Assembly (NCBI GenBank): GCA_963727895.1
Contig: CAVSHT010000004.1
Location: forward strand, 320,001-384,000
Origin: an uncultured Methanosarcinaceae archaeon
GTDB lineage: Archaea; Halobacteriota; Methanosarcinia; Methanosarcinales; Methanosarcinaceae
Length of the DNA stretch: 64,000 bases
Direction of reading: 5' to 3'
Below, piece after piece: positions 56,961 through 64,000 of this stretch. The position numbers and the translations under genes are program-made. The stretch's first letter is position 1, and every line of letters starts with the position of its first letter. Under the pieces are notes generated by a model. That model did no database searches, was not told where the DNA came from, and saw nothing but the letters and a program-made list of their open reading frames with translations.

Positions 56961-58130
56961 ATGAAGATCGCCTTTGTTTATGATGCTGTCTACCCCTGGG
57001 TCAAAGGTGGTGCAGAAATGCGTATCCATGAGCTAGGAAAACGGCTTTCAGACAAAGGTTATGAAGTACACATTTACGGTGTCAAATGGTGGGAAGGAGA
57101 AAATACCATCAGATATGAAAGTATGACCCTGCATGGAGTTTGCAAAGCTCGAGATCTATATGTAAACGGCAGGCGTTCAATCTCTGAAGCAATTGTCTTT
57201 TCCATAAAACTGTTTCCAGAACTCAGGAAAGAGAATTTTGACCTTATAGATGTAAGTGTCTTTCCCTATTTTTCTTGCTTTACCGTAAAAATGATTTCAA
57301 TCCTGAAAAAGACTCCCGCAGTGTTTACCTGGCACGAAGTGTGGGATGATTACTGGTACGTATATATGGGAAAAGCAGGATTTTTTGGAAAATTGATCGA
57401 AAAAACGGTTTCGAAATTATCTGATAAACACATTGCAGTTTCGGAATGGACAAAAAAGAGGCTTAAAGATCTTAAAGTTCCTGAAGAAAGGATTCAGGTT
57501 ATTCATAACGGGATAGATCTTAAAGAAATTTCCAGGATTGAGCCCGAAGGCAGAACATCTTTTCTGGAATTTGAGAATAAAAGATACGATATTATTTTTG
57601 CAGGCCGGCTTATAAAAGAAAAAAATGTTGATCTCCTGGTTAAAGCTGTATCTCTTCTTAAAGAAGATTTTCCGAATGTCAAATGCTGTATTGTTGGAGA
57701 TGGACCTGAAAAGTTATCGCTGGTTGAACTCGCAAAAAAAACTGGAGTTTATGAGAGTATTGAGTTTTCAGGTTTTCAGGAGTATAAAGCACTTATCGGA
57801 AAAATCAAGGTTTCAAAGGTACTTGTGCTGCCCTCAAGCCGAGAAGGATTTGGAATGGTTGTTATTGAGGCTTTTGCCTGTGCAGTACCTGTGATAACCG
57901 TAAGAGCAAAGTACAACGCTGCACAGGGACTGGTTGAAGAGGAAATTGATGGATTTGTTGTTCAACCGGATGAAAGAGACATTTCAAGAGCCATAGAAAA
58001 AATAATTGAGAAAAACTCGGGTTATAGAAAGATTTCAAACGCTGCTCATCAGAAAGCTGAGAAATACGATTGGGAAAAAACAGTTGAGAAATTAAATTTA
58101 ACTTATGAAGCTTATACGAAAGAATCTTAA
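56961..58130 (+). CDS. GT4 glycosyltransferase
   Basis: GGAE, FAGRLIKEKN, PSSREGFGMVVIEA. Confidence 0.92.
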   Translation: MKIAFVYDAVYPWVKGGAEMRIHELGKRLSDKGYEVHIYGVKWWEGENTIRYESMTLHGVCKARDLYVNGRRSISEAIVFSIKLFPELRKENFDLIDVSVFPYFSCFTVKMISILKKTPAVFTWHEVWDDYWYVYMGKAGFFGKLIEKTVSKLSDKHIAVSEWTKKRLKDLKVPEERIQVIHNGIDLKEISRIEPEGRTSFLEFENKRYDIIFAGRLIKEKNVDLLVKAVSLLKEDFPNVKCCIVGDGPEKLSLVELAKKTGVYESIEFSGFQEYKALIGKIKVSKVLVLPSSREGFGMVVIEAFACAVPVITVRAKYNAAQGLVEEEIDGFVVQPDERDISRAIEKIIEKNSGYRKISNAAHQKAEKYDWEKTVEKLNLTYEAYTKES

Positions 58131-58270
58131 AATCAGGTTCAGTTGTTTTTACTTAAAGGAATATTAAAGATAGTGGTAATTAAAAAACTGTGAGAAATAT
58201 TTAAACCACAAACTTTGTTTACTATTTCTACTATTAAAATAACCTGATTTATCTGGGTAGTGGAATTACC

Positions 58271-59127
58271 GGTTCCGTTGCAAAAAATCTTAGAATAAGC
58301 CTGTAAATCTATGAATAATGAATAAAAGTTAAAATATTCAAAAAGATATGTCAATATTATAGAACTATTCCAAATAATTGATTAATATATTTAGCTTCAT
58401 TAAAGCCAGAGTAATTTAAGTTCTTGATTTGTCCTTTTTTAATCATATTCATCGCTTCAATTCCTTTTAAAGTTTTAATGGCTGTATGAAAAGACTGAAA
58501 TCCTAACATTGGATTAACGATTCGTTTAATGGATCTATGATCTTGTTCTATAATGTTATTCAAATATTTGATTTGTCGAATGCCTACGTTTATAGGTAGT
58601 ATTTTATCATTTTTCAGTTTATCTATAGCAGGTGGATAAGCTGGATTTTTGTCAACTGTGATTACTCTTGGAATTTGATTATGATTAGAGTTCAAAGCTT
58701 TTTTGAAGAATCTGTTCGCTGCTTTTTTATTTCGTTTTGCACTTAACATGAAATCAATTGTATCTCCATTTGAGTCAACTGCTCGGTAAAAATATTTCCA
58801 TTCACCTTTAACTCTGATATAAGTTTCATCAACTCTCCAAGAGTCGTTTGTTGGTCTTAAATGCCTTCTGACCTTCTTTTCGATTTCAGGTGAATATTGA
58901 TGTACCCATCTCATAATGGTTGTATGGTTGACTATTATCCCTCTTTCTGCCATCATTTCCTTTAAATTTCTATAACTAAGTGGGTATTTTAAGTACCATC
59001 TAACATTCAATAAAATAATTTCACCTACAAAGTGCTTCCATTTAAAGGAATTAGATAGCATATCACTATCTTTGATTTCATTTTTATTTTAATTATATCC
59101 TTAGCAGATATTTTTTGCAACGGAACC
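58271..59127 (-). mobile_element. IS6-family element, copy F (transposase 58357-59061)
   Basis: Same IRs, intact transposase. Confidence 0.96.
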
Positions 59128-59204
59128 CTTTTCAGTAACTGAATCTAAAAATCAAATTCTTTAACTGCTTTTGAGATCATTTTAATTCCATGCCTTTTAT
59201 TACA

Positions 59205-59476
59205 ACGGGAGCGCAGAGGGTCACGAATACCCCATTCTTTAGATTAGGGATGAAGTGGACCCTCGCCTCTTCTTATTTCTCTTTGAATATCTAAACCATA
59301 GCTTCCTTTTATGTAGATAGTAAATCGGATAGGAAACCGAGGTCAAAATTTCAATCACTTATAGTAAGGAAACTTTGTTAAAGGATGCTTAATCATCTGT
59401 CTCCAATTAATCGGGCGGACGGCCCGAAGCATACTCCATCCTTTAGGGTGGGGTGGCCGCACGCAACTTGATTTTA
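59205..59476 (+). mobile_element. Non-autonomous IS200/IS605-type miniature element, variant family
   Basis: CGAATACCCCATTCTTTAGATTAGGGATG and ACTCCATCCTTTAGGGTGGGGTGGCCGCACGCAACTTGATTTT hairpin ends; no ORF. Confidence 0.55.
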
Positions 59477-59742
59477 CTGTATATATAAAAGACAAATATT
59501 ACTATGATAATTTTCTTTATTTCAATTTTGGAATTTTGATTAAAATGTAGAGCAATAATTCAATGTATCATTAAAAAACCAGAAAAAATAATTAGCATAG
59601 AGGCGTTATTCAAATACCTTCAAGCATGTTCAAGATACATGACTGTTATTACTAAATTCTAAAAATAAGTGATTCTGTAAATTAAACATTACTAGAAGCC
59701 CTAAAATAACCCTAAAAACAACTTTCATTAAGAAAATAAAAA

Positions 59743-61272
59743 ATGATCCCTATGCATCCTAAAACTCAACAGATCCTCGAAGTCTTTGAAGAAATTAATA
59801 AAATTCCAAGACGTTCAAAGCATGAAGAACAGATTTCAATATGGCTTCAGGAATGGAGCCGATCTAGAGGTTTTGAAGTAAAAACTGATTCCTTAAACAA
59901 CGTACTTATCAAAGTTCCTGCAACGGCTGGATATGAACAGTCTCCCACACTTATCCTGCAGGGACATATGGATATGGTCTGCGAGAAATGTAAAGATTCA
60001 AAACACGACTTTTCCAGAGACCCTGTGAAATGCGTTTGTGATGGAAACTGGTTGCGAGGAGATGGGATTTCCATAGGCGCAGATAATGGTATTGCACTTG
60101 CAATTGGACTTGTACTGGCAGAATCCGGGAAAAAAGGAGAAATAGAACATCCTCCCCTTGAGCTGCTTTTTACGGTAGATGAAGAGACAGGCTTGACAGG
60201 AGCAAGGAGACTTAAAGCTGATTTTTTCGAAGGAAAAATACTTCTGAATCTTGACTCAGAGGATGAAGGAATTTTTGTAATAGGGTGTGCAGGCGGGCAG
60301 AATTCGCTGATTACATTACCTGTTGAATGGGAAATATTTGATGTTGAAGAAGAAAATTTATTCCATTTTTTCAGGCTCTCGGTTGAAGGATTAGAAGGCG
60401 GACATTCTGGAGTTGAAATAAATAAGCAGCGAGCAAACGGAATACAACTGTTTTCCTTTGTATTGGCTGGACTCAGAGAAAAGCTTGGGCCAGAAAATAT
60501 AAGGCTCATTTTGCTGAATGGAGGAAGTGTCCATAATGCAATTCCAAGTACTGCAGAATCCTTTGTTGCAGTCAATAAGGAAAAACTCGAAGACACAGAA
60601 AGAGCCTTGTCGAGTCTAAAGCAAACATTCAAGGCTGAGTATGCAAAAACTGATCCAAAACTTACTTTGAATCTTGAAGAAATTAGTAGAGAAATAATCT
60701 TTGAAGTTGCTGAATATAAGATACAAAAAGAAAAAGTATCTCATATTCGGGTTTTTTCAGCCAAAACCGAAGAGAAGCTAATAGAGCTAATTCTGGGACT
60801 GCCGCATGGAGTTTACAGAATGTCAGAGAATATTCAGGGACTCGTCGAAACCTCAAATAACCTTGCAACAGTAAGAACGGTGGAAAACAAAGTAATAATC
60901 GTATCAAGCCAGCGCAGTTCAAATAACTCCCGGCTGGCTGAAATTAGTGGAAAATTAGAAGCTGTCGCAAAACTTGCAGGTGCATTGGTTGAACATGAAC
61001 CCGGATATCCTGCCTGGGAACCTGAAACGAAATCTGAACTACTCTTAAAATGTAAACAGGTCTATACCGAGACTTTTGGAGAAGAGCCTGAGATTGAAGT
61101 GATTCATGCAGGACTTGAATGTGGAATAATTGGTTCAGTGCATAAGGGTATGGAAATGATTTCTTTCGGGCCGACGATTAAATATGCACATAGCCCTTCG
61201 GAAAGGATCTTCATTCCTTCGATAGAGAAAGTCTGGATATTCCTCGAAAAACTGCTTAAAACTTATTGCTGA
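59743..61272 (+). CDS. pepD: Aminoacyl-histidine dipeptidase (M20C)
   Basis: LQGHMDMVC, GADNGI, TVDEETG, NLDSE, GGHSG, IHAGLECG, AHSPSE. Confidence 0.93.
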   Translation: MIPMHPKTQQILEVFEEINKIPRRSKHEEQISIWLQEWSRSRGFEVKTDSLNNVLIKVPATAGYEQSPTLILQGHMDMVCEKCKDSKHDFSRDPVKCVCDGNWLRGDGISIGADNGIALAIGLVLAESGKKGEIEHPPLELLFTVDEETGLTGARRLKADFFEGKILLNLDSEDEGIFVIGCAGGQNSLITLPVEWEIFDVEEENLFHFFRLSVEGLEGGHSGVEINKQRANGIQLFSFVLAGLREKLGPENIRLILLNGGSVHNAIPSTAESFVAVNKEKLEDTERALSSLKQTFKAEYAKTDPKLTLNLEEISREIIFEVAEYKIQKEKVSHIRVFSAKTEEKLIELILGLPHGVYRMSENIQGLVETSNNLATVRTVENKVIIVSSQRSSNNSRLAEISGKLEAVAKLAGALVEHEPGYPAWEPETKSELLLKCKQVYTETFGEEPEIEVIHAGLECGIIGSVHKGMEMISFGPTIKYAHSPSERIFIPSIEKVWIFLEKLLKTYC

Positions 61273-61344
61273 CATGAATACTAAAAACGACACCTTAGGC
61301 GTGATCAACCGGCGCAACGGTTGGTTGATCTAAAAATAAACAGC

Positions 61345-62094
61345 CTATCCTTGTAAGTATACTTTTCCAGGTTGATAGTCCCGTAATAACCAGATGCCAT
61401 AAAAGAACAGAATAAACGAAAAAAGTACTAACACTAGCCCCTGAGAAGGACTTGTCAGAAATACCAGGCAGTCCCATAGCCAATGAATAATGATTAACGG
61501 AATTACTGTGTCGATACGTATACGTAAAGCTATCGTCCAGACCCCAAACATAACTGCAAAAAAAGCCTGAACTACGCTTGCCTTAAAATCTCCTGTTATT
61601 AATCCATTTAATGTATGAACCGAACCAAAAATAATTGCCGTAATCCACACTGCACGCCAGATACCAAATGCTGATGAAGTTCCATGGAACAATACGCCCC
61701 GAAACATCAACTCTTCGTTGATACCTACTATTAAGGTATTGAGAACTACAAGTAAAAGTACTCGGGTCGGCGGCAAGTCTGTAAATAAAACTGTCACCAG
61801 CAAGAAGAGAAGAAATATTGTAGGTAGCCATAACAGACGTAAATTCTGTAAATTATTCGGGCCTTTCCACCCTACCCGATTCCACCAATTTAAATATGTA
61901 AGTACCATATACAAAAAAATAACTGCACCAAGCACTCCAAAAACAAGCTGGTTTTTAACTAATTCATCAAGTTGAGTAGGCTTGCCTCTGACCTGTAGCA
62001 GTCCTCCTCCTACAACGATAATCAGCCAAATAGTAAATATTTTCAGTGAAGTAAACCAATCTTTTCTTGATGTATTCATCTTGTTTTTCTCCAA
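61345..62094 (-). CDS. CPBP/Abi (CAAX) intramembrane protease
   Basis: EELMFRG, FGSVH and HWLWD motifs. Confidence 0.88.
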   Translation of the reverse strand: MEKNKMNTSRKDWFTSLKIFTIWLIIVVGGGLLQVRGKPTQLDELVKNQLVFGVLGAVIFLYMVLTYLNWWNRVGWKGPNNLQNLRLLWLPTIFLLFLLVTVLFTDLPPTRVLLLVVLNTLIVGINEELMFRGVLFHGTSSAFGIWRAVWITAIIFGSVHTLNGLITGDFKASVVQAFFAVMFGVWTIALRIRIDTVIPLIIIHWLWDCLVFLTSPSQGLVLVLFSFILFFYGIWLLRDYQPGKVYLQG

Positions 62095-62114
62095 TCGGAT
62101 TTAATAGTGTTCTT

Positions 62115-62854
62115 GGCATTGTTATTTAAATATATCTAGTTCTTTATTTATGTATTTTATCAATAGAATAACCGAGTACTTTAGCATTTCAAGACTCTTC
62201 GTATAACACTTTGTCTTTCTTCTCAATCTTGCTAGAAAATGCCTCAATATGCTGTTATATCCCTCAACTGTAAATGTTTCTGCTTTGGATTGAGTATGGA
62301 TCTTTTCTGGAAGAAACTCTGCATATGCTCTCCAGTGATCTGTCATCACTTCTCCAATCTCTTTTTTCTTCAATTTTTCCCAGAGTAGTTTTCCAGTTTC
62401 CGTTCCTCTGCTACCAAAAGAGCAGTTGATGAACTTTTTCCCAACTCTATCAACAGCAATCCAGATCCAGCAATATTTTTTTTTGTTACCGATGTAAGTT
62501 GCATCTCGTCCATTTCAACAATAGATATCTCATTTTCACTTTTTAAAGCCTCTAACTCCGGACCAAATTTCTTGATCCATCTTTGGACAGAAACATGACT
62601 TACCCCTAAAACTCTTCCTATTGAGCGAAAACCCAATCCTTCAAGATAGAGTTGTAAAGCCTGTCTTTTTGCAGAAGCGGAAAAAGCAGTTGATTTTAGC
62701 TCTACTGTATAGTTATATCCACAATCAGAGCATTTGTAGCGTTGACGCCCACCAACTATACCGTTCTTTTTGTGACTGGAACTATTGCATCTGGGGCAGT
62801 TCATGAAGAAATATATGTTATAAGCATACATATCTATTTTTGTATACCAATGCC
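62115..62854 (-). mobile_element. IS1-family element, copy 5
   Basis: GGCATTG...CAATGCC; InsA/InsB ORFs; A9 slippery run. Confidence 0.92.
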
Positions 62855-62864
62855 AAATTTACAT

Positions 62865-63039
62865 ATCAAAGTTGTGCTGGCGCACCCCGCAGCAAGGGGG
62901 CTGTCCGATAATTACCGTCGGTAATCAAAGAATTCTCTCTTTTTTGATTTAAATGTCTTATTTGCTTTCTTTTTAGCGCTTTTTTATTACGACCAAATTG
63001 TACAGCCTCCAAGCCAGCGGGGTATTCGACTGAATAAAA
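62865..63039 (-). mobile_element. Non-autonomous IS200/IS605-type miniature element (same ends as 19006-19226)
   Basis: ATCAAAGTTGTGCTGGCGCACCCCGC and GCGGGGTATTCGACTGAATAAAA are reverse complements of the 19-kb element ends. Confidence 0.62.
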
Positions 63040-63751
63040 ATAGACTTCTTCTTAACTCCTTTTTCTTTTTAATTACATCTTTTGACACACTTATAGTTGA
63101 GTTATATACTATAAAATAATATTATTAGGAGGTAAAAATATACATTTATTCAATAGGCATAATCAAAAAATTTATTAGACTTGTTAGACTCTTGCCTTCA
63201 GGTAATATAGAGTATATGTTGAGAAAATGAGTTTATGCAAAATAATGTATGCAATTAAATTCAGTTTTTTAATGAAACAACATTTCTTGTTCATCTATCC
63301 CTGAAATTTTCAACGGCATTAAAATTTAAAATGAAAGAGAATGATTATATGCAATTAAAACTTTTGGTATGGATAGGTTTTTTGGGGCGATTATGATATA
63401 TATATCTCATACCTGTATAAGTATATAGATTAAGAGTTATGGGTTTCCTCTTAATCTTTGGGTTGGATCGCAGGTAGGGTTCGAGAATAGGGACTCGGTA
63501 ACCCTACCATCTACTTTCAAATTAATTTTTAAACAAACCTACACTATTTTGTATAGATATTATGTATAATAAATCTTATGACCGTTCCTAAATTCATATT
63601 ATTATTTATACTGAAGGTTACTGATTTTTAAATAAACTATCAAATTAAATAATTTGTTATTTTTCTTTAGCTTCATTCAATAATCAAGATTCATTATATT
63701 TTTTTGCAACTTGTGTATAAGGCCAAAGCAAACTAAAGTTCACTTCCATAA

Positions 63752-64000
63752 AATAGAAGTTTCCATAATAGAAGTTTCCATAATAGAAGTTTCCATAATA
63801 GAAGTTTCCATAATAGAAGTTTCCATAATAGAAGTTTCCATAATAGAAGTTTCCATAATAGAAGTTTCCATAATAGAAGTTTCCATAATAGAAGTTTCCA
63901 TAATAGAAGTTTCCATAATAGAAGTTTCCATAATAGAAGTTTCCATAATAGAAGTTTCCATAATAGAAGTTTCCATAATAGAAGTTTCCATAATAGAAGT
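63752..64000. repeat. Perfect 15-bp tandem array (AATAGAAGTTTCCAT), at least 16.6 units, runs off window
   Basis: Direct reading; no spacers. Confidence 0.97.

Noticed and set aside
59847..60632. 261-aa antisense ORF, and similar ones at 2458, 7398, 29974, 38234 and 45360
   Set aside because: Mirror frames of recognised genes with no motifs of their own
63752..64000. CRISPR array or real poly-METSI protein
   Set aside because: Units abut with no spacers and no cas genes are present; a 15-bp repeat gives open frames trivially

Overview
AT-rich archaeal chromosomal segment, almost certainly Methanosarcina (inferred from gene sequences, a PGF-CTERM surface protein and the IS families). Intact housekeeping genes (dapL 5' part, gap, Brix-pcc1, IMPase/FBPase-NAD kinase, homocitrate synthase, membrane PPase, ppsA, NcsA/TtuA, wrbA, pepD, glycosyltransferases) are interleaved with a heavy load of mobile DNA. 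That load comprises six near-identical 857-bp IS6 copies, an older IS6 relic, five IS1 copies, one IS630 relic and three IS200/IS605-type miniature elements. About a dozen pseudogenes or fragments are also present (P-type H+-ATPase, Bcr/CflA MFS, GH15, TctA-like, ModD, YgjP, DUF3160, Tes-like radical SAM and others). I saw no rRNA, tRNA or CRISPR array. The most striking unexplained signal is a ~300-nt intergenic element (42630-42930) with three stem-loops that all present the loop GAGG-UU(C/U)GCCAUU-CCUC, a candidate multivalent regulatory RNA. All family assignments come from motif recognition by eye, not from database searches.
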